Source: Truepera sp.
GTDB taxonomy: Bacteria > Deinococcota > Deinococci > Deinococcales > Trueperaceae
NCBI GenBank assembly: GCA_965218435.1
Contig: CBDCKW010000009.1
Location: 2,528,001-2,592,000 of the forward strand
Direction: 5' to 3'
DNA length: 64,000 nucleotides
Shown here: positions 36,401-45,525 of the stretch, in pieces
Numbering within the stretch: the first letter of the stretch is position 1
Layout of the letters: the number at the start of each line of letters is the position of its first letter
Program-made: the position numbers and the translations under genes
Notes under the pieces: model-generated
What the model was told of the DNA's origin: nothing
The model's input: the letters and a program-made list of their open reading frames with translations, nothing else
Database searches by the model: none

Positions 36401-38336
36401 AGGCATCACCGCGCGCGGCGCGTGGGAGAGCGTCCGGCGGCATTTTCTCGAGCTCGGTACCGACGTCACGAAAACCCCGATGACAGTTTTTGGTATCGGC
36501 GACATGTCCGGCGACGTGTTCGGGAACGGCCTCCTCTACACAGACACGCTCAAACTGCAAGCCGCCTTTAACCACCAGCACATCTTTTTAGACCCCGCTC
36601 CCGACCCGGCCATCAGTTTTGCCGAACGCCAACGCCTCTTCGAGCTGCCGCGCTCAACATGGGAAGATTACGACCCTTCGCTGATCAGTGGGGGCGGCGG
36701 GGTCTACTCGCGGTTTGCTAAACGCATCGCGCTCTCCGCGCAGGTTCAGGCGATGTTAAAGGTAGACGACGAAGCGTTGTCCGGCCAAGACCTTATCCGG
36801 GCCATTCTTAAGATGCCCGCCGACCTCTTGTGGAACGGCGGCGTCGGGACCTACGTTAAAGCGAGCGGTGAAACGCACGCGCAAGTCGGCGACAGCAGCA
36901 ACAACGCCGTCCGCGTGGACGCGTCTGAGCTACGCGCGAGGGTCGTCGGCGAAGGCGGCAACTTGGGCTTTACCCAGCTTGCCCGAGTTGAATACGCCCT
37001 GGCCGGAGGCCGTATCAATACCGACGCGGTAGATAATTCGGCGGGCGTAGACATGTCCGACCACGAGGTCAATCTCAAAATTGCGCTCCGGCCTCTGGTC
37101 GCGGGCGGCACTTTGACCTTCGAGGCGAGAAACGACCTCTTACGGGAGATGACCCCGGCGGTGAGCGAGCTTGTTTTACGGGACAACGCAGGGCAAGCCC
37201 TGACGCTTTCACTCGCAGAGCGGCGAGCCGAACGTGACCCTAGACTTTTCGTCTCCCTGCAAGCGTATCTCGCGGAGCGCGGCGGGTTACGGCCCGAGGT
37301 CGAATTTTTACCGAGCGCCACAACACTTAAAGAACGCCCCTACACACGCCCCGAGCTGGCGGTGCTGATGGCGTACACCAAGATGGGCCTCTACCGGCGA
37401 CTGTTAGAAACCGACCTGCCCGACGAACCGCACTTTCAGAACTACTTGTTGAGTTATTTTCCCAAGGTGCTGCAAGCGCGTTTTCCGGAGGCGATTCGGG
37501 CGCACCCCTTGAAACGTGAAATTATCGCCACGCAGTTTACCAACGCAGTGGTTGACCGCCTCGGTATCAGCTTTGTTCACCGGATACTGCAAGAGACCGC
37601 CTCGAGCCCCGTTCAAACCGTTCAGGCCGGATTATTGGCGCTCGAGCTCTTGCACGCTCCCGACTTGCTGGCGCAGATAACCAGCAGCGGCGCACCAACC
37701 GAAAGCCAGTACGACGAAATTGACACCTTGACCCGCGCCGCTGAAGCCGTCTCCCTCTGGCTGCTGTTGGGCGGCGTCCGGATAGAACCGATTCCAGCCT
37801 TTATCCAGGCGTACGAGCCGCCTTTGGGAAGGCTTCGCAGCGAACTAGCGAGCTTATTAAGCGGTTACGAACTTGCCAATTTCGAGACCGAAAAGCGCGA
37901 CTTAGCAGGTAGCTTCGGAAGACAATTGGCCGAAGAACTCGCCACGCTCCCCTACTTGCCGAGCATGATGGGCGCAGTTCGCGTGGCGCGGGAGTCGGGC
38001 ACAACCTTGGAACGCGCCGCCGAGCACTTTTACGGTCTCGGCGAACGGCTCTCACTCGGGAGTTTGCGCGACGGGTTGTTGGGGCTGTCCGCCGCCGACA
38101 AATGGGAGAAAATCGCTCTCAGCACGCTGGTCATGGAGTTACGCCGAATGCAAGTCGAGCTGAGCTTGCAGTATCTGGAGAGCGGCGCAGAAGACGCCGA
38201 CACGTTCTTATCAAGGCGTCCCCAAAACTTAAAACGCTTTGACACGACGCTCGCCGAGGTGCAGCGGGGCGGCGCGGTGGGGCTGGCGAGTGGCGGAGTT
38301 TTGAGAGGACTATTGCAAGGATTGCTCGAGGATTAA
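33414..38336 (+). CDS. Large NAD-specific glutamate dehydrogenase (GdhB type)
   Basis: 1640 aa; DRPFIVDSV, HLRGGRVARGGLRWSDR, VPVGSKGGF, VVAADKGTATFSD, GIGDMSGDVFGNG, DNSAGVDMSDHEVN. Confidence 0.96.
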   Translation: MPATLNQLQQLISHSKRSRTTLSKRLLGTLFERATPELLAHFTPGGLEALGGAAAAFLAQPEELKVRVYNPTAETHGWTVPYTVVELSLPDRPFIVDSVRAAVQRQGYEPLYVLHPVLKVLRDAAGELVGLMSAADIETNTGTQPSDARSDIQEQDRQTPTSSKVAYELFFVSPVARQADRDALGQGVRDALTDVLLATRDYGAMQTQAEAWALELSNLANSSSGERADELSEYAAFMRWLGADHFVFLGYREYDILQNGTPKLQVTPDSGLGILSKPSSAYETPTPLSEIPEELRERILSGRVLTVTKTNAEATVHRPVRMDYLGIKKVQGELYVGEVRFIGLFTSKALAASVEEIPILRRKLRLVLELDGAEPGSHDFKQLVSVFGSLPRDELFWSDAPRLLGDVRTVIGAAQSGGVRVTVRPDPLARGLAVMVIMPRERFNSGVRRRVQAYLAQELGATHTDYQLVMGEGDEGVRFHFFFSTETDYRTLNLGVLEGGVQALTRTWGDQLSDLLRRQPGSAGEQLARRYADAFDERYRADTTPETALRDVAYIERLRREAQTAPNTPPVVVNLLNPNESAHTSQAALGQDLAELGTGASHLEVYHTGPTLVLSDALPLLENLGLRVLEQVAYTFDLSELPETEPISAASNVSASNVAASGVYGLDIFRVQDRRGAALEVDKVGEHLCAALTALLRGDAENDRLNRLVLSAGLSVRQVALLRALQMYTAQLSTGVSRSFVVDTLLNQPALAAQLVKLFELKFAPELRDRDVRLTAAQGAFEEGLQAVSSLAEDETLRALHGLVDAAVRTNYFLDKPYISFKLESAKVPQMPEPRPMFEIAVSAPHVEGTHLRGGRVARGGLRWSDRPDDFRTEVLGLMKTQMTKNAVIVPVGSKGGFVLKGAPTERDALQAFVREQYQTYLRGLLDLTDNLLDGQPVTPEGLVVYDEPDPYLVVAADKGTATFSDLANDTAAEYDFWLGDAFASGGSHGYDHKAEGITARGAWESVRRHFLELGTDVTKTPMTVFGIGDMSGDVFGNGLLYTDTLKLQAAFNHQHIFLDPAPDPAISFAERQRLFELPRSTWEDYDPSLISGGGGVYSRFAKRIALSAQVQAMLKVDDEALSGQDLIRAILKMPADLLWNGGVGTYVKASGETHAQVGDSSNNAVRVDASELRARVVGEGGNLGFTQLARVEYALAGGRINTDAVDNSAGVDMSDHEVNLKIALRPLVAGGTLTFEARNDLLREMTPAVSELVLRDNAGQALTLSLAERRAERDPRLFVSLQAYLAERGGLRPEVEFLPSATTLKERPYTRPELAVLMAYTKMGLYRRLLETDLPDEPHFQNYLLSYFPKVLQARFPEAIRAHPLKREIIATQFTNAVVDRLGISFVHRILQETASSPVQTVQAGLLALELLHAPDLLAQITSSGAPTESQYDEIDTLTRAAEAVSLWLLLGGVRIEPIPAFIQAYEPPLGRLRSELASLLSGYELANFETEKRDLAGSFGRQLAEELATLPYLPSMMGAVRVARESGTTLERAAEHFYGLGERLSLGSLRDGLLGLSAADKWEKIALSTLVMELRRMQVELSLQYLESGAEDADTFLSRRPQNLKRFDTTLAEVQRGGAVGLASGGVLRGLLQGLLED

Positions 38337-38845
38337 CTGCGCCGCCACCTTAACCAAGCCCACACCAGCACACCGGTCAGCGGGTAAAGTACCCAGGCAA
38401 GCAAAGGGCCGACAAGACTCCCGGTGCTGCTGCTCCCAGAGAGCGTTACAACTGCGCTGGGAACCGTGGCCACAGGTCTGTCAAACGTTGTAAAAGTCAG
38501 GGCAAAGACATAATTGTCAAGTCTCAGCTGGCTTAACGTGACGATAAACGGTAGCGGCAGGCTCGTTAGAACACCCAAGCACGCGGCGTAAAATATGCCT
38601 AGTCGTGAAGAGGCTGTTCTGACAAAAAGGCCACCGAAGGCAGCACCGAGAAGTGCAGCCACAAGCACCGGGGGCCACAACGCCCCGAAGATAAGAGCGG
38701 GTGGCAGCTGTAACCACAGTAAAGCACCGGTATCCGGCAGCTTGAAACCGAAATCCGGCAACTTATAAAAGAACATCGGCACGGCGGTAGCAAAAAGCGT
38801 TACGACGCCGAAGACAAGTGCTGTGCTGAGCCGTTAGCGTTGCAT
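38333..38845 (-). pseudogene. Membrane protein with a nonsense codon at position 4
   Basis: TATAGT-N6-ATG (38845) CAA CGC TAA, then an open hydrophobic frame continuous with track ORF 38333-38782. Confidence 0.55.
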
Positions 38846-38940
38846 AGGGCTACTATAGAGGGTTTTGTGGGGGGCTCGAGATAAACCGTAAGAGCTATAA
38901 TCTGAAAGCAGCAGACGAGATTTATACCTTACAACTCGGG

Positions 38941-39852
38941 ATGGCACCTGTGAACCAACGTAGTCGCGTCGCAGAAGTTAAAAACGTAAGTCAACGTTTC
39001 GGCGCAACCTACGTCCTGCGCAACGTCTCGTTTTCGGTACAAGCCGGTGAAGTCGTGGCGCTTTTAGGACCAAATGGTGCAGGCAAGACGTCACTTTTTG
39101 ACCTGCTCCTCGGCTTAGCGCGTCCGAGCCAGGGAACTATCACCGTGTTTGGTTATCCGCCGCAGCATCCCGAGGCGCGGCGCGCTCTGGGTTCAACATT
39201 GCAGCACTCGAGCTTTCCAGAGACGTTGACGAGCCGGGAGATCATCCGTTTTGTCCAGGCGCATTATCCCAAACATTTAGGGGCGGAACAGCTTACCAAA
39301 GACTTTGGGCTCGAGTCCCTTGAAGAAAAATCCGTGGGCGGTCTTAGCGGGGGACAGCAGCGCAGCTTGGCGGTGGCGCTCGCCTTTGCCGGTTGTCCAA
39401 AACTCGTCCTCCTCGACGAACCGACTGTGGGCCTAGATGCGGCGGCGCGGCGGCGACTGTGGAGCGTGATCAAACGTTACGCCAAAGCAGGCGGCAGCGT
39501 CTTGTTAGCGACGCATTACTTTGAAGAAGCCGAGCAGCTTGCAGACCGGGTGATTCTTTTGTATGAGGGAGAGGTCATCACCGATGACAGTTTAGAAAAT
39601 CTTAAAGCGAGAACAGGCGGGCGGCTGATACGGTTTAACCTCGATGATCCAGCTCAACTCGGCCTACTTGATGATCTAAAGAATGCCACCAGTATGAACA
39701 TTGACTCGGGCGAGGTGAAGCTTTATGCCACGGACGCCGACCTGTTGGTACGCGAGTTGTGCAGACGCGACATCAGGTTTTCAAACCTCACGGTCAGCGA
39801 GATAGCGTTAGCGGAGATGATTGACCGTCTGTTAGCGGCAGAGCGCCCATGA
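38941..39852 (+). CDS. ABC-2 type exporter ATP-binding protein
   Basis: GPNGAGKT, LSGGQQ, LLDEPT. Confidence 0.93.
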   Translation: MAPVNQRSRVAEVKNVSQRFGATYVLRNVSFSVQAGEVVALLGPNGAGKTSLFDLLLGLARPSQGTITVFGYPPQHPEARRALGSTLQHSSFPETLTSREIIRFVQAHYPKHLGAEQLTKDFGLESLEEKSVGGLSGGQQRSLAVALAFAGCPKLVLLDEPTVGLDAAARRRLWSVIKRYAKAGGSVLLATHYFEEAEQLADRVILLYEGEVITDDSLENLKARTGGRLIRFNLDDPAQLGLLDDLKNATSMNIDSGEVKLYATDADLLVRELCRRDIRFSNLTVSEIALAEMIDRLLAAERP

Positions 39853-40586
39853 AAATCATCCGGGAAAGCCTTTATATCCGTCTGCTAAAGTACCGCCGCG
39901 AACCTGCTTCGTTCGTTTTGTTGACGCTCTTACCGACAACCTTTTACATTTTTTTTGCGCTGCAAGCTGAGCTTAGCGCAGCCGTTGCAACTCGTTACAT
40001 GGCGTCTTACGCAGCCTTTGCGGTCGTCAACGTCGCCCTATTTCAACTTGGTTCCGACCTAAGCGAGCTGGGCTTTGCTGCCTGGGAGCGTTACCTGCAA
40101 ACGCTTCCTACCCCGGCGTGGCCGCGAATCACTGCAAAGGTACTCGAGGGCCTTATCATCGCGGCTCTTGCTTGTCTAGCGGTCGTCGTCGCGGCGCTGC
40201 TGCTAACACCCGTAACGATGCCGCCACAAAACTGGCTGCAACTTCTCGCCTCGCTCCTTTTAGGGGGCGTACCGTTTGTTGTCCTGGGCGGCTATTTAGC
40301 CACAGCCCTCGAGCCCAAGAGCGTTGGCCCTGTCACCAATATCATCTTTCTATTGACGTCTTACGTCGGCGGGTTGTGGACGGGCGGCGTGAGCAATTTG
40401 CCGGAGACGGTGCAGAAATTATCTGTGCTCGTACCAACCAGGCACTATAGCGATCTGGTCAATGCTGCTGCGACCGGCACCCAGCTCCGTACTGAAAGTG
40501 TGCTCTGGCTGCTGGGTTTTTCGGCAGTTTTTGCATTCCTTTGGGTGCAAAGTTTTCAAAATCGCCGACAACGTATTTTTAGCTGA
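39849..40586 (+). CDS. ABC-2 type exporter permease
   Basis: About 6 TM; ATGA overlap with the ATPase gene. Confidence 0.88.
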   Translation: MKIIRESLYIRLLKYRREPASFVLLTLLPTTFYIFFALQAELSAAVATRYMASYAAFAVVNVALFQLGSDLSELGFAAWERYLQTLPTPAWPRITAKVLEGLIIAALACLAVVVAALLLTPVTMPPQNWLQLLASLLLGGVPFVVLGGYLATALEPKSVGPVTNIIFLLTSYVGGLWTGGVSNLPETVQKLSVLVPTRHYSDLVNAAATGTQLRTESVLWLLGFSAVFAFLWVQSFQNRRQRIFS

Positions 40587-40628
40587 AGAGGTCTTTGCCG
40601 ATGGGCACAGGGATTAGGACTCGAGCCC

Positions 40629-41723
40629 TTAAAAAAACGCCGCTGTAACCCGGTTGAGTTGCAACAGTCCGGCAGGCGTAACACGCAAGTAATCACCGCA
40701 ACATTCAGTCAAACCGCCGTGAGTCAGAGAAGCCAAAACGTCACGGTAATGGTCACCGACGTCAAAGCCTGCGCGTTGACCGAGACGAGACAAGTCAACC
40801 CCGCGCCGCGTCCGCAGACCGGTCATCAGCACGTCCTGGACAAACGCCTCAGCGTCTACCGGAAGCACATCCGGCTTGTCACCGGCCAGCCAGTTCTTGA
40901 TGGGCAGGTTGGTACGGCGCTCTCCGATAAGACCTGGTGACGGGACGAAACTTGCGGCTGAGGGTCCCAACGCCAAAAAATGTTCACCCGACCAGTAAAC
41001 GCTGTTGTGCTTTGCGGCAAACCCCGGTTTAGCGTGGCTCGAGACCTCGTAACGTTCCAACCCGTACCCCGACAAAATCTCATCGGCCAGGGCGTAGTCG
41101 TCGGCTTCTTTGTCCTCGTCTACCCGGACGCCGCGCCGCGCGAAGGGCGTATTCGGTTCAACCGTCAAGTTGTACACGCTCACGTGTGGCACCCCGGTCT
41201 GCGCGAGCGTGTGCAAGTCGAGCGCGGCGTCCTGACCGGGCACAGCGGTAATCAGGTCGGCGGAGCCGGTAAAGCCTACGTTTAGAGCTAGCTCAACAGC
41301 AGCCAGACCTTCTTGCCCGGTGTGCTGCCGTCCTAAAAACTCGAGAACAGAATCTTGCGTAGATTGCAAGCCGATGGAAAGGCGGTCGAAGCCGAGGGCG
41401 CGAAAGGTCTCCAAACGCGCCTTATCAAAAGTTAAAGGGTCGGCCTCGAGCGTCGTCTCTTGCAAGGCCGGAAAACCCCAAGTTTGCTCCAACGTTTCAA
41501 CGACAAAAGTGAGTTCGTCATCTTTGAGGTGTGACGGCGTGCCGCCGCCAAAATAGATGGTGTCTAACGTACCGGGAAATTCGGCGTAGAGCGCCTGAGC
41601 TTCTTCGCGTAAACGCTTCAGATAAGCCGCTACCAGTCCGCCGCTCCGCCGCATCTTGTGAAAGTCGCAGTAAGGGCAGATTTTAGGACAAAAGGGAACG
41701 TGAAGGTAGAGCGAGCGCGGCAC
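40629..41723 (-). CDS. hemW: Radical SAM heme chaperone
   Basis: LYLHVPFCPKICPYCDF, YFGGGTPS, YEVSS, HNSVYW. Confidence 0.9.
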   Translation of the reverse strand: MPRSLYLHVPFCPKICPYCDFHKMRRSGGLVAAYLKRLREEAQALYAEFPGTLDTIYFGGGTPSHLKDDELTFVVETLEQTWGFPALQETTLEADPLTFDKARLETFRALGFDRLSIGLQSTQDSVLEFLGRQHTGQEGLAAVELALNVGFTGSADLITAVPGQDAALDLHTLAQTGVPHVSVYNLTVEPNTPFARRGVRVDEDKEADDYALADEILSGYGLERYEVSSHAKPGFAAKHNSVYWSGEHFLALGPSAASFVPSPGLIGERRTNLPIKNWLAGDKPDVLPVDAEAFVQDVLMTGLRTRRGVDLSRLGQRAGFDVGDHYRDVLASLTHGGLTECCGDYLRVTPAGLLQLNRVTAAFF

Positions 41724-41764
41724 TCTCTTAGTTTAGAGGCTCGGTAAGAACGGGCAAGTCGCAC

Positions 41765-41789
41765 AAAAAAAGCCCCCTTTGCGGGGGCT
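41765..41789 (-). terminator. Intrinsic terminator of the sugar ABC operon
   Basis: AGCCCCC-GCAAA-GGGGGCT then T6 on the minus strand. Confidence 0.85.
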
Positions 41790-41814
41790 CGTTCTCTAGC
41801 CTAATAGCTCAGTT

Positions 41815-43143
41815 TTACTGTTTGAGCTGGGCGAGCTGGTCAGCCAAAATCTGATTGGCGTTTTCGTTGACTTTGGCCAGCGTCTGCGCCACATCCGCTC
41901 CGTTCGTAATTTTAGCAGTGGCCTTTTCAACCTCGTCACGGACAAAATCGTAACCGGGTACGGGCGGCTCGGCTTGGCCGTACTCGAGCAGCTTAAAGGC
42001 GTCGGCGTAGCCGGGATTTTCGTTGAAGTAGGCTGTCATCCCGTTAGCGACACTTTTTCGTACCGGAAAGTAACCGGTAGCCTTAGCCCAACGTGCCTGT
42101 ACCTCGGGACTGGTGAAGTACTTGAGAAATATCCACGCGGCAACTTCTTGCTCCGGATTGTGTTTGGGGATGCTGACCGACGCGCCGTAAACGTTTTGTG
42201 ACGGCTTTGCGCCTTTATGCGGCAGCGCCCCGACGCTCCAGGAAAATTTCGCGCCGTCATCTACCGCGCTCGTGTAGTACGGCAATCCTGAGGTCGAACC
42301 GGTCGTAAAGAGCGTGCGCCCCGCGCCGAAGTCGGTCTGGTCGCCGTACTGCTCGGTCACCACCGTAATACAACCGTCATCAATTAGACCTTGCAAAAAG
42401 GTCATCGCCTCAGTCGTCGCGGGGCTGTCGTAGGTAAACTGATTAGTCTCGTTGTCGTAGATGTTACCGCCGAAGGCAAACGTCCAGGCCGCAACGTGTG
42501 AGGCGTCGGCGACGTCGAGTTCATAGCCGGTGCTGCTCCCGCCACCGGTCGCGCCGCTGAACGCGGTTTTCGAGGCGGCGCAGGTCATCTTACGGAACTC
42601 GTCGGGCGTTTGCGGCGGCCCGTCAAAACCGAGTTCTGTCAGCCAGTCGGTGTTGTAATAGAGCATCTCCATCGAACGGTTGGGCGGAAAACCGAGCCGC
42701 TCGTTGTTAAAGGTTGGAAAAACGTCTTGCTCCAAAAAGTTCGGATAGAAGTCGTTCAGGTCGGCTTTAGAAAGTCCCCATTTGCTGCTCTCGACGAGCG
42801 GCGTCATATCAACGAGGGCGTTCCCCAGCTGATAGGTAGCCGCTTGGTTTTGATAGGCCACTACCAAATCGGGCGCGGCGTCGGTATTAAGGAGCGGCAG
42901 CATCTTTTGGAAGAGGTCGCCGTAGTCCCCTTGGCCCGAAGCGGTGACGGTAATGCCGTACTCGTTCGAGTCGTTGAATTCTTTGACGATCTGGTTGAGC
43001 GTTTCCTCACGCTGGTCGCTAAAAGGATGCCAGTAGGTGATTTGCTGTCCACTCGGGTCAACGCCCTCGTAGTTGGTCGTTTGGGCCGTTGCAGTACCTA
43101 ACATGGTGGTCACAACGAGTGCAGTAGCAATCAATAATTTCAT
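41815..43143 (-). CDS. Carbohydrate/glycerol-3-phosphate-type ABC substrate-binding protein
   Basis: Signal peptide; ITYWHPF; LYYNTD; AAWIFLKYFTSPEVQARWAKATGYFP. Confidence 0.9.
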   Translation of the reverse strand: MKLLIATALVVTTMLGTATAQTTNYEGVDPSGQQITYWHPFSDQREETLNQIVKEFNDSNEYGITVTASGQGDYGDLFQKMLPLLNTDAAPDLVVAYQNQAATYQLGNALVDMTPLVESSKWGLSKADLNDFYPNFLEQDVFPTFNNERLGFPPNRSMEMLYYNTDWLTELGFDGPPQTPDEFRKMTCAASKTAFSGATGGGSSTGYELDVADASHVAAWTFAFGGNIYDNETNQFTYDSPATTEAMTFLQGLIDDGCITVVTEQYGDQTDFGAGRTLFTTGSTSGLPYYTSAVDDGAKFSWSVGALPHKGAKPSQNVYGASVSIPKHNPEQEVAAWIFLKYFTSPEVQARWAKATGYFPVRKSVANGMTAYFNENPGYADAFKLLEYGQAEPPVPGYDFVRDEVEKATAKITNGADVAQTLAKVNENANQILADQLAQLKQ

Positions 43144-43254
43144 CTTTCTCCTTTCAAAGCTCGAGCTAAACCTTGATGTTTCAAACGGTAGTTCAGACGG
43201 TGGTTCTGACGGTCGCGCCCGTGGCTATCACAACGCCCTTACGTCATGACTTTA

Positions 43255-44160
43255 TCAGCCTTTGAGCCCGGAGGTGGCGATTCCTTCGGTAAACTGCTTT
43301 TGCGTAAAGAAGTAAAGAATCAAAACGGGAATGATGCTGATAACCGACGCGGCCATCAAGAGGTGCGTCTGCGTACCCGCTTCGCTCTGAAAGTTGTACA
43401 ACCCGACCATCAGCGGTCGCCAGGTGTTGTCGGTGGTGACCAAAAGCGGCCACAAAAATGAGTTCCACGAGGTCACAAAGGCAAAGAGTGTGACGGTTAA
43501 GAGCACCGGGCGGCTCATCGGGACGACGATGGTGATGAGAAACCGCAAGTGACCAGCCCCGTCGAGCTGCGCGGCGTCCCACAGCTCTCTAGGGAGCCGG
43601 GAAAAAAATTGCCGCAGTAAAAAGATCGAAAAGGCGCTGCCCATAAAGGGCACGGTCAGCGCCGGAAGCGTGTTAAACCAACTGCCCCAGGGGATGATGT
43701 CGCCGCGAACCAAAAGAAAGTTGGGAATAAAGGTCACGGTTTCGGGGATCATCAGGCTGGCAAGCAGCACCGTAAAGATGAGGTTACGGCCGGGAAACTC
43801 GATCCGGGCAAACGCGTAAGCGGCGAGCGTCGAGGTCACGAGCAGGCCTAGAAGCGTGACGCCCGTAATAATCACACTGTTAAGAAAGTAGCTTGCGAAA
43901 TCGGCGCGGTTCCACGCCTCGAGGTAATTGCCAAACTGCGGCGTACTCGGCACAAGTTTGCGGTTTAAGGTTTCACCGAGGGTCATCAGCGAGCTCGAGA
44001 GCATCCAGGCAAACGGCAACACGGCGAGCGCGGCGCTCAAGGTGAGGACGAGGTAGAGCGGAAGCTGAGACAAGCGAAACGGGGGCGCAGTACGTGTTGG
44101 AGCTTGGTTACCGGCGTCAGCAGCAGAGCTGTCTGTTAGTGTACCCAACGTTCTAGCCAT
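43255..44160 (-). CDS. Carbohydrate ABC permease (MalG/UgpE-like)
   Basis: Start moved to ATG 44160; EAA-like LWDAAQLDGAG; WNSFLWPL. Confidence 0.92.
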   Translation of the reverse strand: MARTLGTLTDSSAADAGNQAPTRTAPPFRLSQLPLYLVLTLSAALAVLPFAWMLSSSLMTLGETLNRKLVPSTPQFGNYLEAWNRADFASYFLNSVIITGVTLLGLLVTSTLAAYAFARIEFPGRNLIFTVLLASLMIPETVTFIPNFLLVRGDIIPWGSWFNTLPALTVPFMGSAFSIFLLRQFFSRLPRELWDAAQLDGAGHLRFLITIVVPMSRPVLLTVTLFAFVTSWNSFLWPLLVTTDNTWRPLMVGLYNFQSEAGTQTHLLMAASVISIIPVLILYFFTQKQFTEGIATSGLKG

Positions 44161-44165
44161 ACGTT

Positions 44166-45308
44166 TCAACCATAAAAGACCCGCCGTCCTAACGCACGCT
44201 GCTGAAACAAGGTAAACCCTAAAATCAGCAAGAAGAGGATGATCGACTGCGCCGCCGCCAAGCTGAAGTTGTTCGAGCGGTAAAACGAATCGAAAATGAC
44301 CAGGCTCGCCGTGTCCACGCTGTCTTGCGCAAAAGGGGTACGCATCACGTAAAGGTGACTGAACGCCTGAAACGTTCCGATAAACCCCAGCAAAACGAGG
44401 TAAAAGGTGACCGGCGAGAGGAGCGGCAAGGTGACGTTCCAAAACCGGGCGGCGCTCCCGGCTCCGTCAATCTCGGCAGCTTCGTAAAGGTCTTGTGGGA
44501 TGTCGCCGAGACCGGCCAGAAAGACCACCACGTTCCAACCGACGTAGGTCCAGACGCCGAAGATAATAATCGTTACGAGCGCCTGACTCGGCCCGGCCCA
44601 AAGCCCCGGCAGCTCGAGCCCCCACAAGTCGGTAAGCGGGCGCGGTTCGGCCAGCCACGCCTGTGCCGGAAGCCCGAGCTGCGTCACCAGGGTGTTAGCG
44701 AGGCTGGTCTCCCTCGCTGAAAAGATCACGCCGAAAACCACCGCGCTCGCCACCAGCGGCGTGATGTACGGCAGAAAAAAGAGGATACGAAAAAGCGTCC
44801 GGCCCCGCAGCTGTTGGTGTAAGAGCACGGCTAAAAAGAGTGCCAGCGCAATCTGCAGAGGGATCGTACCGAAGGCGTAAAACAGCGTAATGACTAAGCT
44901 CGTCCAAAAGGTGTCGTCGCCAAGACGCATCATCTGCTGCCAACCGAGCGCGATACTCGTTCCGGCGATGAGCAGCGCGAAGACGGCCAAGAGTTTGGGG
45001 ATACGGCGCGAATCGTGCTTAAAGGCGTCCGTCCAGAGCCAATGAGCCACCAAAATCAGGGTCAACCCACCGAAAAAGGCGAGCGCGGCGGGCCACGAGC
45101 CGAACAGGTCGAAGTAGTGCTCCAACCCGATAAAGCTCCCCTTGCTCACGCGCCAATTGTAGAGACTCATATAAAACGAGTAGAGGATTGGCACGAGGCC
45201 GAAAACAGCGATCAAGAGCGTTGCCGGCACGATAAACAGATACCCCGTCAGGGCTTCACGCCGGTGACGCGAGGTGCGACGACCGCGAGGTGCGTTATGG
45301 GCGCTCAC
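44166..45308 (-). CDS. Carbohydrate ABC permease (MalF/UgpA-like)
   Basis: LYEAAEIDGAG EAA motif; multi-TM. Confidence 0.92.
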   Translation of the reverse strand: MSAHNAPRGRRTSRHRREALTGYLFIVPATLLIAVFGLVPILYSFYMSLYNWRVSKGSFIGLEHYFDLFGSWPAALAFFGGLTLILVAHWLWTDAFKHDSRRIPKLLAVFALLIAGTSIALGWQQMMRLGDDTFWTSLVITLFYAFGTIPLQIALALFLAVLLHQQLRGRTLFRILFFLPYITPLVASAVVFGVIFSARETSLANTLVTQLGLPAQAWLAEPRPLTDLWGLELPGLWAGPSQALVTIIIFGVWTYVGWNVVVFLAGLGDIPQDLYEAAEIDGAGSAARFWNVTLPLLSPVTFYLVLLGFIGTFQAFSHLYVMRTPFAQDSVDTASLVIFDSFYRSNNFSLAAAQSIILFLLILGFTLFQQRALGRRVFYG

Positions 45309-45388
45309 GCGTACGCCGTTACAGAAGACGCCACAAGCACGGTCTTAGGTGCGCTAGGTGGGACGGAAGAGACCAGCATCACAACTCA

Positions 45389-45429
45389 ATCATGACGAGC
45401 TTAGTAGGGTGATGTCAACATAATGTCAG
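45389..45429 (-). promoter_or_regulatory. Promoter of the ABC operon with an 11-bp-period TGACA repeat
   Basis: Minus strand CTGACA-N5-TTGACA, 18 bp, CATGAT. Confidence 0.5.
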
Positions 45430-45525
45430 CACATTTGAGTAACAGTGAAGGCGAGCAGCTACATAAATCACGACCGCTCACCGGCTACAGGTCGTCACTG
45501 CCAAAGAGTCGGGTACACTAGAGCC

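Noticed and set aside
43255..44442. Long overlap between the two ABC permeases
   Set aside because: Artefact of longest-ORF calling; ATG 44160 removes the overlap.
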